In this document: piece by piece, positions 1 through 9,111 of the stretch
Layout of the letters: every line of letters begins with the position of its first letter
Numbering within the stretch: position 1 is the stretch's first letter
DNA from: Promethearchaeota archaeon
GTDB lineage: Archaea > Asgardarchaeota > Thorarchaeia > Thorarchaeales > Thorarchaeaceae
Direction of reading: 5' to 3'
Assembly: GCA_027031765.1 (NCBI GenBank)
Contig: JALVPN010000105.1
Span: forward strand, 3,401-35,400
DNA length: 32,000 nucleotides
The notes under the pieces: generated by a model
Databases searched by the model: none
Told to the model about the DNA's origin: nothing
Seen by the model: the letters and a program-made list of their open reading frames with translations, nothing else
Translations under genes and position numbers: made by a program

Positions 1-16
1 GAGCATGCCCAGCCAA

Positions 17-22
17 TTTATA
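17..22 (-). promoter_or_regulatory. Possible TATA box (TATAAA on - strand) for a gene beyond the left edge
   Basis: AT-rich AATTTATACTAAT patch just downstream of the GT4 stop in an otherwise GC-rich sequence. The target gene is not visible. Confidence 0.3.
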
Positions 23-47
23 CTAATGCATTGGAACCCCGTACAGC

Positions 48-1193
48 TTACGCCCTCCCCTCGACAAGCTCCCTGTACACCTGCTCTATTGTGGAGTTCA
101 CCTTCTCAAGGCTGAACCGCTCTTCGACCAGCCGGCGCGCATTCCTGGTCATCGTCTTCACCATGTCGTATTGGTCCATCACAATGTCGACCGCGCCACT
201 GAAGCTCCTAAAGTCCCGTCCGATGATGAGGCCATTGACACGGTCAGTCACGACCTCCGGTATGTCGCCGACTGGTGTGCACATCACAACGGTGCCTGAT
301 GCCATGGCCTCGAGCACGACGGTCGGTGTGCCCTCCCAGTAGGACGGCAACACGAGGGCGTCCGCACCGCGCATAAGACGCGGGATCTCCTCGTGTCCCC
401 GTTGACCGAGCACTTCGACCGACACCCGGGAGCCCATCCTCTTGAGTCTCTCCTTCAGACTCAGCAGGTGTTCGTAGAGCGACCCCTGACCCACGAAGCG
501 GACAGTCATCTTGTGGCCATTGTCCCTTGCTGCTTGCCACACCCACTCCATCAGCGTCCCCACTCCCTTCCACGGTTCAAGGTCTCCCACGTAGATGAGG
601 ACACCCCCGGGCCCGTCCCGTTTCTCTGTCCCGGGTCTGAACCTGTTGGTGTCGACCACGTTCGGGATATACCGGAGGCGCTCGTGCGGCACCCTGAATT
701 GCCTCTGGATAGTCCTGAGGTCTGCATGGGACACCGACGCTATCAGGTCGCTCCACCTCATGGTCATGCGTCCAAGCGTCAGGTCGTATGCGTGTTTCGT
801 GACGACCTTTGTCCAGTGGGTCCTGTACGGCGGCAGTCCGAGCCCACCGTGCGCCTGTAGCAGGGCCCGCCGGTCTGTGACCCTGCGTGCCACCGCCGCT
901 TGGTTCGCAAGCGTATACAGGTATGAGTGTATGTGGTACACATCCACCTGCGTCTTCACCAGTGGTCTGAGGACGACGCACAACGGGTTGATGTTCCAGA
1001 CAGTGACTGGTGCGTAGTACCTGTGTACTATGACCCCCTCCTCGACACATGTGCCCACCTTTTCAGGGTGCACCGTTGTTGTGAACACATGTGCCTCGTG
1101 AGACTTGGCCTGCTGTCTGGAGAGGTTGTAGACGTACCGTTCGGAACCCCCCATCTGTTCGCCCACAAAGGGGCACACATGTCCTATCCTCAT
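48..1193 (-). CDS. Glycosyltransferase family 4 (GT-B fold)
   Basis: N-terminal MRIGHVCPF..GGSERYVYNL and C-terminal ADALVLPSYWEGTPTVVLEAMASG (E-x7-E). Start moved from 1259 to the ATG at 1193, where the family-typical N-terminus begins. Confidence 0.93.
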   Translation of the reverse strand: MRIGHVCPFVGEQMGGSERYVYNLSRQQAKSHEAHVFTTTVHPEKVGTCVEEGVIVHRYYAPVTVWNINPLCVVLRPLVKTQVDVYHIHSYLYTLANQAAVARRVTDRRALLQAHGGLGLPPYRTHWTKVVTKHAYDLTLGRMTMRWSDLIASVSHADLRTIQRQFRVPHERLRYIPNVVDTNRFRPGTEKRDGPGGVLIYVGDLEPWKGVGTLMEWVWQAARDNGHKMTVRFVGQGSLYEHLLSLKERLKRMGSRVSVEVLGQRGHEEIPRLMRGADALVLPSYWEGTPTVVLEAMASGTVVMCTPVGDIPEVVTDRVNGLIIGRDFRSFSGAVDIVMDQYDMVKTMTRNARRLVEERFSLEKVNSTIEQVYRELVEGRA

Positions 1194-1258
1194 TGACTTG
1201 GATCTCCACAGCAGTGCTGTCCATCTCAGTTCGGCGTATCCGTTTTTTCTGCTCCACA

Positions 1259-1265
1259 CTTAAAG
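1259..1265 (-). promoter_or_regulatory. Possible TATA box (CTTTAAG) in the divergent GT4/UPF0182 intergenic region
   Basis: AT-rich CTTAAAGATTGTTT between two divergent genes. Confidence 0.3.
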
Positions 1266-1449
1266 ATTGTTTGCCCCTTTGCGCACGGCTGTGGTCGTCC
1301 TCCATCTCTACATCGTACGGCCAGTGGAGCTGTGGGTGATAGCAATCCGATGGCGTGCCGGGCGGGGACCGGAATCGGCACCCTCATATGTGTCCACGCC
1401 GTCCCCCCAAGTAGCGCACGGGGTCTGTATCTTGAGGTATTTGCGGGCT

Positions 1450-4446
1450 ATGTTGATGATCCTGGTGGTCTGCGCTCTGACAGTCGTGACACTGTGGGTG
1501 CTCTACGCATGGCTCCTTGGACAGACGATATATCAGACCATGTACCATGAGAAGGCCGGTGTAGACTACTGGGCGACATGGACGCTTGAGAACAACATCT
1601 TCACTGCGTCCCTGTTGCTGGCAGCGGTCAGCATGGTCACACTCCCCCAGCGCTCGACCCTCCTGACGTTCTTCTCCACGATGAGTGGCGTCGGTCAGCG
1701 GCTCAAGGTGCTCTCCGTCCGCGAGGCCACCCTCTGGCGTTTCTTGGAGTTCCTTGCCCTCTTCGTTGCGTACGTGTCAGTTGGTGGCTATGCACTGACG
1801 GGTCAGAACGTGGCCTTCCTCATGATGCTCATGGAACACGGTGCCATATCACTCTCAAGCGAGCAGCTCAGTACACTGTTCTACCTCCCGTTCTCACCAG
1901 GCACTCCAGCCGGTGAGGTCGAGGCCCTCATCCCTGCCATGGAGGCCTACCAACTATACCTGGGCATCGTCGGGACGTTGCTGATGATGACCGCCGCCCG
2001 CCTGGCCCTCAGTGTGGTGACCGACTACATTACAGACCGCCCTGACCTCTACGTCATGGGCGTGAAACTACTGCTCATCGGTGCACTGGCCTCGGTGCTC
2101 GAGCTCCTGAGCGTCCCCATGTGGACCGTCAACGCAGGCACGTGGATGACCCTCGTGACACTCATTATAGTGTTCTTCTCGTGCCTGCTGGGCGCACTGA
2201 TGCTGGGCCTTGTGCGCTTCCGTTCAGGTGGCCCACTCGCCCGCATAAGGGCCAAGATCGCGGCCCTCGAGGCCGACCTGGAGCGCCTCCATGGCGAGCT
2301 CGTCGTGTTGCGTAGTGAGTACGGGGCCGGTGCGGTCTCTTCCGCCGAGTATAACAGACGTGTGCGACTCCTGATGGAGGACAGGGAGAACATTGCGGAC
2401 GAGCTCCGGCGCCTGAAAATCGAACGCCTCCTGCCAGTAGTGTCACGCAGGAGGTTCGTCGCTGTTGCCGCCGTGCTGGCGGTCCTCTGTGTGAGCGTCC
2501 CCGCGATACAGGCCATGTACTATGGGGTACAGATGGAGGGCGACAAGTACGTCGACTGGAAGTTCAACTATGAGACCCGCAAAGAGATTGCAGTCACGGA
2601 CTGGGCGGCGGGCCTCTCTGACATGCAGTACAAGACGCTGGAAGACCTCACCTCCAATGCGACCCCGGAGAGCGAGGTGGAGTTCCTGACCAGTGTCCGC
2701 CAGTGGGACCAGACCGCCAGCTACCTGCGCATGAAGAACCAGATCGGCACCAACTGGATGACCCTCGCGGACTCGGACATAGTGTACCTCCACGACCATG
2801 AGTACTGGGTATCACCACTCACCTTTGACACCAGTGCCACCTCCACCAGCTTCATCAACCAGCACCTGATCTATACGCATACCGAGGGCCTCGTGGTACT
2901 CGACGCCTACAGTGGTGCGATTGTCGAGCACGACAGTCTCGTGGCGCTCCTGAACCGTACTGACGTGGTGAACGTCTACTACGGCGAGGGCCCGGGCTTT
3001 GGCGATGTTGTCTTTGTCAATGTGCCGGGCTTCGAAGAGGTCGGCAACACCTCTTTTGCTGGCGGGCCCGACTATGTGCTCAGGGGGTTCGAGTCTGCAT
3101 TCTACGTGTTCAACATGGGCCCGGAAGCCTGGTCGTTCATAGGGCGTGACCTGGACATGCTTGTGGAGCGTGACGTCGTGTCACGTGTCAACAACATCCT
3201 GCTCCAGGGCCTCCGTGCCGACAGCGACCCGTACATAGTCGTGGGCCCGTCCGGTGAGGTCTACTATGCTGTGTCCGTCTTCATCGACTACCCACTCTCC
3301 ACTGGGTACGCACACGAGGCCTACCTGCGGTTCCTCGGGGTCGTACTCGTCGACGTTGCGACCGGCGTGATGCACTTCTACAGGTCTCCCACACAGGACA
3401 GCCCGTTCTTCATAGACCGCGCATACAGCGAGTACTATGACTGGGAGGACGCACCGGCGTGGCTCCAGAAACAGATGAAGTGGCCAGAGGACCTCTTCGA
3501 ACGCCAGCTCGAGGTCGCATACATCATGCATGTGACGGATGGCCTTGTGTGGCGCAGTGGCGTCGACTTCCACGAGAGCCCGGAGGGCTCGGACACACGC
3601 TACATCATAATGCGCGTCGGTGGTGTCCGGAGGTTCGTTGCCACCCACAACAGCGAGTTCCGCGACGCACCGGGACGTAACCTCGCAGGTATCTACATGG
3701 TCGGCTGCGGGGAACACGACTTCGGTCAGCTCACGTTCTTCAGTGCCGGCCAGCTGGGCTACTCCACCCTCCTGGGCCCGAATGCTGCTGTGCAGGCCTT
3801 CGAGACCGCCGAGGAGGTACGTACGCAGCTGCAGTTGTGGGGCTCCCACAGGTACGGGAACAGGCTCCTGTACCACCTCGGGGGCGACCTGTTCTTCGTC
3901 ATCCCGGTCTTCCTCGAGGTGGAGACGTCTCAGAACCGTGTCATCCAGAAGCTCGGGGGTGTCGGCCTGGTCGATGCTCGCACTGGCGAACGGGTCACAC
4001 TGGGCCGCAACGTGGTGGAGGCATACTACGACATGTTCGGTCTCCTCAACCAGACGGCCGTCGAGCCGGGCGCCGTTGGCTTCGAGAGTGCGGTCCTCAA
4101 CCCAGTCACAGTGGGCTCAGGCAGTCCGAGCAGCATGGACCTCGTCATCCGGAACAATGACGATGTGTCACACCATGTGTATGTCGACATCTCCTTTGCC
4201 ACCGGTAACTTCACGGTCAACTGGCACGGCCACAATGTCGCCCCAACGGTCTATCCACAGAACACGACGTTCTCGCTTGACATCGGCCCTGTGGGGCCGG
4301 GCGACATGTACGGGACATCACCGCTGGTAACACCGCACCTCCCACATGGCCTCGTCCTTGCACAGTACATCGTGGTCGTCACACTGCGGACGGAAGAAGG
4401 CGTTGTCGACCAGGTGCAACTACTGCTCACGGTGACACAGTCGTGA
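1450..4446 (+). CDS. UPF0182 (COG1615)-family multi-pass membrane protein with coiled-coil insert and C-terminal beta-sandwich
   Basis: Many N-terminal TM segments, then UPF0182-type motifs VRQWD, SFINQHLIYTH, VYYGE and DSDPYIVV. The start is probably the ATG at 1450 (GAGGT upstream) rather than 1267. Confidence 0.8.
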   Translation: MLMILVVCALTVVTLWVLYAWLLGQTIYQTMYHEKAGVDYWATWTLENNIFTASLLLAAVSMVTLPQRSTLLTFFSTMSGVGQRLKVLSVREATLWRFLEFLALFVAYVSVGGYALTGQNVAFLMMLMEHGAISLSSEQLSTLFYLPFSPGTPAGEVEALIPAMEAYQLYLGIVGTLLMMTAARLALSVVTDYITDRPDLYVMGVKLLLIGALASVLELLSVPMWTVNAGTWMTLVTLIIVFFSCLLGALMLGLVRFRSGGPLARIRAKIAALEADLERLHGELVVLRSEYGAGAVSSAEYNRRVRLLMEDRENIADELRRLKIERLLPVVSRRRFVAVAAVLAVLCVSVPAIQAMYYGVQMEGDKYVDWKFNYETRKEIAVTDWAAGLSDMQYKTLEDLTSNATPESEVEFLTSVRQWDQTASYLRMKNQIGTNWMTLADSDIVYLHDHEYWVSPLTFDTSATSTSFINQHLIYTHTEGLVVLDAYSGAIVEHDSLVALLNRTDVVNVYYGEGPGFGDVVFVNVPGFEEVGNTSFAGGPDYVLRGFESAFYVFNMGPEAWSFIGRDLDMLVERDVVSRVNNILLQGLRADSDPYIVVGPSGEVYYAVSVFIDYPLSTGYAHEAYLRFLGVVLVDVATGVMHFYRSPTQDSPFFIDRAYSEYYDWEDAPAWLQKQMKWPEDLFERQLEVAYIMHVTDGLVWRSGVDFHESPEGSDTRYIIMRVGGVRRFVATHNSEFRDAPGRNLAGIYMVGCGEHDFGQLTFFSAGQLGYSTLLGPNAAVQAFETAEEVRTQLQLWGSHRYGNRLLYHLGGDLFFVIPVFLEVETSQNRVIQKLGGVGLVDARTGERVTLGRNVVEAYYDMFGLLNQTAVEPGAVGFESAVLNPVTVGSGSPSSMDLVIRNNDDVSHHVYVDISFATGNFTVNWHGHNVAPTVYPQNTTFSLDIGPVGPGDMYGTSPLVTPHLPHGLVLAQYIVVVTLRTEEGVVDQVQLLLTVTQS

Positions 4447-4580
4447 ACGGGCCCGCCTCGCCTGCCCAGTGACCCGTCCTGCACATGCTTGGTACTCCCC
4501 AATACCCACCTGCCCGGTGCCGGACACGCAGGGGGCCGTGCTGTACTGTGCAGTGGCGTCGCTGGGTCCTCTACGGTTAG

Positions 4581-4588
4581 ATTTATGA
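4581..4588 (+). promoter_or_regulatory. Probable TATA box (ATTTATGA) of the nuo/fpo-like operon
   Basis: Clearest AT-rich element in the 200-bp gap, about 60 nt upstream of the first ATG at 4650. Confidence 0.45.
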
Positions 4589-4649
4589 ACAGACCCCCTC
4601 GCCGTTGGCCCCGTCACAGGCAAGGTCGTGACCGGGCAGGGATCACAAC

Positions 4650-4937
4650 ATGATATCGACACCATTCGGACTACTGCAGCTGGCACTCGTACTCCTCATG
4701 CTCGTCTTCTTTGCGCTCGCGGTGGAGTACAGGAGGCTCGTGTTCGGGGTGGTCTCGTTCGCCGTGGCAAACGGGCTCCTGAGCCTGCTGTTCTTCATCC
4801 TCGGGGCGCCCTACGTGGCCGTCTTCAACTTCAGTGTGTTCTCCGGAGCGGTGGCCATCCTTTTCCTCGCGGTGATAAACATGGAGCGGCCCGAGGAGGC
4901 AGTGCCCGGAGATGGTGGGAGTGAGGTGACAACATGA
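4650..4937 (+). CDS. nuoJ: NuoJ/FpoJ N-terminal half (J1; DUF4040/MbxD-like), 3 TM
   Basis: Hydrophobic 95 aa with LGAPYVAVFNFSVFSGAVAILFL, matching the NuoJ TM3 / DUF4040 pattern. First gene ahead of K-L-M-N. Confidence 0.75.
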   Translation: MISTPFGLLQLALVLLMLVFFALAVEYRRLVFGVVSFAVANGLLSLLFFILGAPYVAVFNFSVFSGAVAILFLAVINMERPEEAVPGDGGSEVTT

Positions 4938-5209
4938 ACTGGCACAAGGTCGCAGCTGCACTGCTGTCGCTGGTCATCCTCTTGTTGGTAGGGGTCTACC
5001 TTGTGGACTACACGCCCTTTGCTCTGGGCCAGCCACCCGGCACCACAACTGCAGCCGATGCGTGGCGCACCACTGCCGAGCTGCTGGCGGAGTGGTTGTG
5101 GTCCTACCGCGTCATTGATGTCCTCATACAGGTCACGCTCCTTCTCACTGCCGTCCTCGGTGCATCTGCGATGTTCCGTGTGATGCACCGTGACCGGGAG
5201 GAGGGATGA
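4934..5209 (+). CDS. nuoJ: NuoJ/FpoJ C-terminal half (J2; MbhE-like)
   Basis: LWSYRVIDVLIQVTLLLTAVLGA resembles the NuoJ C-terminal helix and the MbhE RxxD motif. ATGA overlap with J1 and SD GAGGTGA. Confidence 0.7.
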   Translation: MNWHKVAAALLSLVILLLVGVYLVDYTPFALGQPPGTTTAADAWRTTAELLAEWLWSYRVIDVLIQVTLLLTAVLGASAMFRVMHRDREEG

Positions 5210-5544
5210 GAGATATGTTCGAGCTGCTTCATGTCTACCTCCTTGGGGCACTGGCCCTCTACCTCCTTGGGGTCTACACCCTTGCCAGCGCACGGAACAT
5301 GATCCGTCTTGTCATGGGGATTGAAATCCTCGTGGCTGCTGCCAACCTGAACTTCCTTGCCCTGGGCGCGTTCCTCCATGACCCCTCTGTCATTGGGCCC
5401 ATCGACCCCATGGTACAGGACTTCGTAATACTCTCAATCTGCGTGGGCGGTGCAGTCGCGGCCATCGCAATGAGCCTGATTGCTAACGCCTACAGACACT
5501 ACGGGACACTCGATGTCCGCGAACTGAGGAGGCTGAGAGGCTGA
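5206..5544 (+). CDS. nuoK: NuoK/FpoK (MrpC-like) subunit
   Basis: RNMIRLVMGIEILVAAANLNFLA carries the conserved TM2 Glu. ATGA overlap with J2. Alternative start at 5215. Confidence 0.88.
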   Translation: MRDMFELLHVYLLGALALYLLGVYTLASARNMIRLVMGIEILVAAANLNFLALGAFLHDPSVIGPIDPMVQDFVILSICVGGAVAAIAMSLIANAYRHYGTLDVRELRRLRG

Positions 5545-5545
5545 G

Positions 5546-7561
5546 ATGTTCGTCCCACTCGGACTTGCTGCATGGCTTGTCTTCGCAGTCCCGCTGACCG
5601 GCGCTGCCCTCACACCGGTCTTTGCAAAGGTTCACGAGTCCCTCCGTGATGCAATGGCTGTCCTGGTTGGCTTCGTCACGGCATTCATTGCACTCGACAT
5701 GGTACCGGAGATGCTCGCTTCGCCCTCGTCGACAGACATCGTGCTCCTGAGATGGAACGTCGTCGCAGGTCATGTCATTGACTTTGGTGTCCTTGTCGAC
5801 CCGCTGAGCGTCCTCCTTGCCACCATCGCCGGTGGCATCGGCTCTCTGATAGTCCTGTTCAGTGTCGGCTACATGACCGGGTACGACGAGGACGGGAACC
5901 TGGTCAAAGACCCCGCCCTCACACGGTACTATGGCTTCATGCAGCTCTTCATCGGTGGCATGATACTCCTCGTCATGGCCGACAACCTGCTCATGACATT
6001 CATTGGCTGGGAGGTCGTCGGTATGTGCAGCTACGCGCTCATTGGTTTCTGGCACAACAGGGCGCAGCCCAGCCCGGTGCCGGAGTATGCCACCGAGGGG
6101 GAGTACAATGCAGCCTGTGGCATGAAGGCGTTCATGGTCACAAGGGTCGGTGACATCGGCCTCCTCGCCGGTATCCTCCTCCTCTATTTCATCACTGGCA
6201 CGTTCAACTACACCGAGATCCTCGAGACCGCCCCGACATGGGTTGGCGGCCTCACCTCACTGACCCTGGGTCTACTGCCCATTGCAGCACTCCTGGTCTT
6301 TGCTGGCCCCATTGGGAAGAGTGCACAGTTCCCACTCCACACATGGTTGCCGGAGGCAATGGCCGGGCCGACCACCGTCAGCGCACTGATCCACGCCGCA
6401 GCGATGGTCAAGGCCGGGGTCTACCTCGTGGCCCGTCTCGTGCCCATCTTCCTGGAGGTCTTCACAAGTGTGGCCAGCCTCATGGTCTTCTTCCAGACCG
6501 TGGCGTGGATTGGGGCCATCACAGCCTTCATGTCAGCCACCATGGCGCTCGTCCAGGACGAGATCAAGAAGGTGTTGGCGTACTCTACAATCTCACAGCT
6601 CGGCTACATGTTCATGGCGCTCGGCGCCACCGGGCTTGTCGCTGAGGGTGTCGCAGCCTACACTGCTGGCACATTCCACCTGCTCGCCCACGCCATATTC
6701 AAGGCCCTGCTGTTCCTTGCTGCAGGTTCCGTCCTCCATGCCGTGCAGAGCAAGTCCATGCGCGACATGGGGGGGCTGAGCCGTGAGATGCGGGTCACTG
6801 CTGCCACCTTCACTGTGGGCGCCCTATCCCTTGCAGGGGTGTTCCCGTTCATAGGTTTCTGGTCAAAGGAGCTCATATTCGAGGCCCTGTGGCATGGTGA
6901 GCAGTACCCCCTCTTTGCGGTGGCCTTCATAACCGCCATCCTCACAGCATTCTACACCTTCCGGATGGTCGGCATGACGTTCTTCGGTGAGAAGTCCCAG
7001 CACGTCAGGGATCTGGAGGCACACGGACACCATGTACACGAGGCGCCGCCGGTCATGACCGTACCACTGGTCCTCCTTGCCCTGGCCGCCACGGTCGGTG
7101 GGCTCTTCGAACTCGCGTTCTTCGGCTTCTTCTCCGGTGTCAGGACGGGCGAGGCCGTGCACTTCGACTGGTCTCACCTTGCCCCCTTCAGCCTCGGTGT
7201 GACGACACTCTTCACAGTGGTCGTCTGGGGTGTCGGTATAGTGCCGGCCTATCTCATCTACTTCAGGGGCGGCTATGACTTCAGTCGTCTGAAGACGGGC
7301 GCGCTCTACCGTTTCCTTGTCAACCGCTGGTACATCAACCGGGTCTACCACCGTGTGTTCGTTGACGGCTACCTGTGGCTGAGCCGGGCGTTACGTGACC
7401 GCCTTGAGGCCGGTCTGCTCGCCTCCGGCGAAGACGTTGCGAGGGGCATGGCGCGTGTGTCGCGGGGCTGGAGGCGCACAATGACCGGTGTGCTCAACAC
7501 GAATGTGCTTGCTATGATGCTCGGCATAGTGGCCTTTCTGTGCATCGTCCTGTTCCTGTAG
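5546..7561 (+). CDS. nuoL: NuoL/FpoL (MrpA-like) antiporter-like subunit with C-terminal lateral helix
   Basis: GWEVVGMCSYALIGFW, FPLHTWLPEAMAGPTTVSALIHAAAMVKAGVYL, KKVLAYSTISQLGYM, and an amphipathic C-terminal extension ending in a TM helix. Confidence 0.95.
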   Translation: MFVPLGLAAWLVFAVPLTGAALTPVFAKVHESLRDAMAVLVGFVTAFIALDMVPEMLASPSSTDIVLLRWNVVAGHVIDFGVLVDPLSVLLATIAGGIGSLIVLFSVGYMTGYDEDGNLVKDPALTRYYGFMQLFIGGMILLVMADNLLMTFIGWEVVGMCSYALIGFWHNRAQPSPVPEYATEGEYNAACGMKAFMVTRVGDIGLLAGILLLYFITGTFNYTEILETAPTWVGGLTSLTLGLLPIAALLVFAGPIGKSAQFPLHTWLPEAMAGPTTVSALIHAAAMVKAGVYLVARLVPIFLEVFTSVASLMVFFQTVAWIGAITAFMSATMALVQDEIKKVLAYSTISQLGYMFMALGATGLVAEGVAAYTAGTFHLLAHAIFKALLFLAAGSVLHAVQSKSMRDMGGLSREMRVTAATFTVGALSLAGVFPFIGFWSKELIFEALWHGEQYPLFAVAFITAILTAFYTFRMVGMTFFGEKSQHVRDLEAHGHHVHEAPPVMTVPLVLLALAATVGGLFELAFFGFFSGVRTGEAVHFDWSHLAPFSLGVTTLFTVVVWGVGIVPAYLIYFRGGYDFSRLKTGALYRFLVNRWYINRVYHRVFVDGYLWLSRALRDRLEAGLLASGEDVARGMARVSRGWRRTMTGVLNTNVLAMMLGIVAFLCIVLFL

Positions 7562-7573
7562 GAGGTATGAGTC

Positions 7574-9106
7574 GTGCAAGGACTACTTGATACACTCTTC
7601 TTCGAGTACCCGATGACAACTACCCTGGTGCTCCTCCTCCTGGGCGGCCTCGTGACGGTCGTGGCAGGACAGAGGTCAGCAGCTGCGGCGAAGGCTGTCG
7701 CGGCCCTGTCACTTGCTGCAGCCCTCACGGTCAACGTCCTGCTCCTGCTCAACGTGTACCTTGCTGGCCCTGTCAGTCACCGGTTCCCATGGCTCGGTCC
7801 TGAGGAGGCACCCATTGCCACTCTCGGCTTCCTGGGTGACGGCCTGAGCGTGCCGGTGGCCGTACTGGTCCTGGCACTTGGGCTGTTCTCCGTCATCTAT
7901 TCCTTCGTATACATGCGGGGGCTCAACAACCATGGCCTGTACTACGGCCTGATGGTGTGGTTCGTCGCCGCCATGGTCGGCGTCCTGTATGCAACAGACC
8001 TCCTGCAGTTCTTTGTCTTCTACGAGGCGATGCTCGTCCCGGCCTTCGCGCTCGTCTATCTGTACGGTGTATCGGAGGACCCGGAGGTGCGCGCACGCAA
8101 TGCGCTCCAGTTCTGGGTCTGGACGGCGCTCGGTGGCCTGATCTCTCTGTTCGCAGTGTTCATGCTCTACGGGGCACTTGGTACGCTGGACATTGCAACG
8201 CTCCAGTCAATGAGAGGGCTCCTCCAGGTCGACCTTGCCCGCCTCATCGGCCTCGTGTTCCTCCTCGGCTTCGGCATCAAGCTCGGTCTTGTGCCACTCC
8301 ATGTCTGGGCACCAAGGGCCTACGGTGAGGCACCCATCCCTGTGCTGGTGCTGCTCAGCGGTGCCATGACCAAGACGGCGGCCTATGGTGTGATACGCAT
8401 TGTCATCCCGCTCTTCGCAGATGTCATGCGCTCCCTCTCAACGGGCCTGATGGCAGTGTCCCTCATCACGATGTTCTATGGTGCGGCCCTTGCAATCGCC
8501 CAGCGCGACCTCAAGATGATGCTCGCATATTCCAGCATCAGCCAGCTCGGGTACCTCATGTTCGGCTACTCCACGATGACCCTCATCGGTGTGAGCGGTG
8601 CGGTCTTCCAGCTGGTCAACCACGGGATGCTCGCGAGCCTGATGTTCTTCTGCGCCGGCGCAGTCGAGATGCGGACTGGTACTATGGAGTTCTCCGGCCT
8701 CGGCGGACTGGGCCCAAAGATGCCCGGACTGGCCACTGCCTTTGTCATTGGCGGCCTTGCACTCTCAGGGACGCCACCCATGTCCGCATTTGCTGGTGAG
8801 TGGATGATCTTTGCCGGCGCTGCCGAACGTGCTGTCCTTGCCGGTGTCGGTCAGCCCTACTACCTTGCCCTCACCGTTCTCGGTGTGGTGGCCACCGGCC
8901 TGACTGCAGCCTACTACCTCTGGGCAATACGCCGGGTCTTCTACGGGCCTGTCCCGGAGGGCCTCGAGTCAGTGACCGATGCCCCAGTCACGGTCCTGGC
9001 AATCGTGTCGTTGATTGTGCTGCCGGTCGTGGTGCTCGGTATCTGGCCACGTCTGCTCTGGGTAGTGGTGGAACGTGTCCTCTCTACTTTCCCACTAGGA
9101 GGTTGA
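7574..9106 (+). CDS. nuoM: NuoM/FpoM antiporter-like subunit
   Basis: FFVFYEAML, GFGIKLGLVPLHVW, LLSGAMTKTAAYG, LAYSSISQLGY. GTG start 7 nt after GGAGGT. Confidence 0.92.
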   Translation: MQGLLDTLFFEYPMTTTLVLLLLGGLVTVVAGQRSAAAAKAVAALSLAAALTVNVLLLLNVYLAGPVSHRFPWLGPEEAPIATLGFLGDGLSVPVAVLVLALGLFSVIYSFVYMRGLNNHGLYYGLMVWFVAAMVGVLYATDLLQFFVFYEAMLVPAFALVYLYGVSEDPEVRARNALQFWVWTALGGLISLFAVFMLYGALGTLDIATLQSMRGLLQVDLARLIGLVFLLGFGIKLGLVPLHVWAPRAYGEAPIPVLVLLSGAMTKTAAYGVIRIVIPLFADVMRSLSTGLMAVSLITMFYGAALAIAQRDLKMMLAYSSISQLGYLMFGYSTMTLIGVSGAVFQLVNHGMLASLMFFCAGAVEMRTGTMEFSGLGGLGPKMPGLATAFVIGGLALSGTPPMSAFAGEWMIFAGAAERAVLAGVGQPYYLALTVLGVVATGLTAAYYLWAIRRVFYGPVPEGLESVTDAPVTVLAIVSLIVLPVVVLGIWPRLLWVVVERVLSTFPLGG

Positions 9107-9111
9107 TACAG

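Noticed and set aside
4608-4637. Weak hairpin (GTCAC/GTGAC) in the leader of the nuo-like operon
   Set aside because: A 5-bp stem is expected by chance at this GC content, and I recognise no riboswitch.
8800-9111. ORF-track N-terminal extensions (nuoN 8800, solenoid 27570, FGGY 15220, atpC 19348, UPF0182 1267, larA 18242, GT4 1259)
   Set aside because: They overlap neighbouring genes or promoters, read as non-protein-like, and better SD-supported downstream starts exist.
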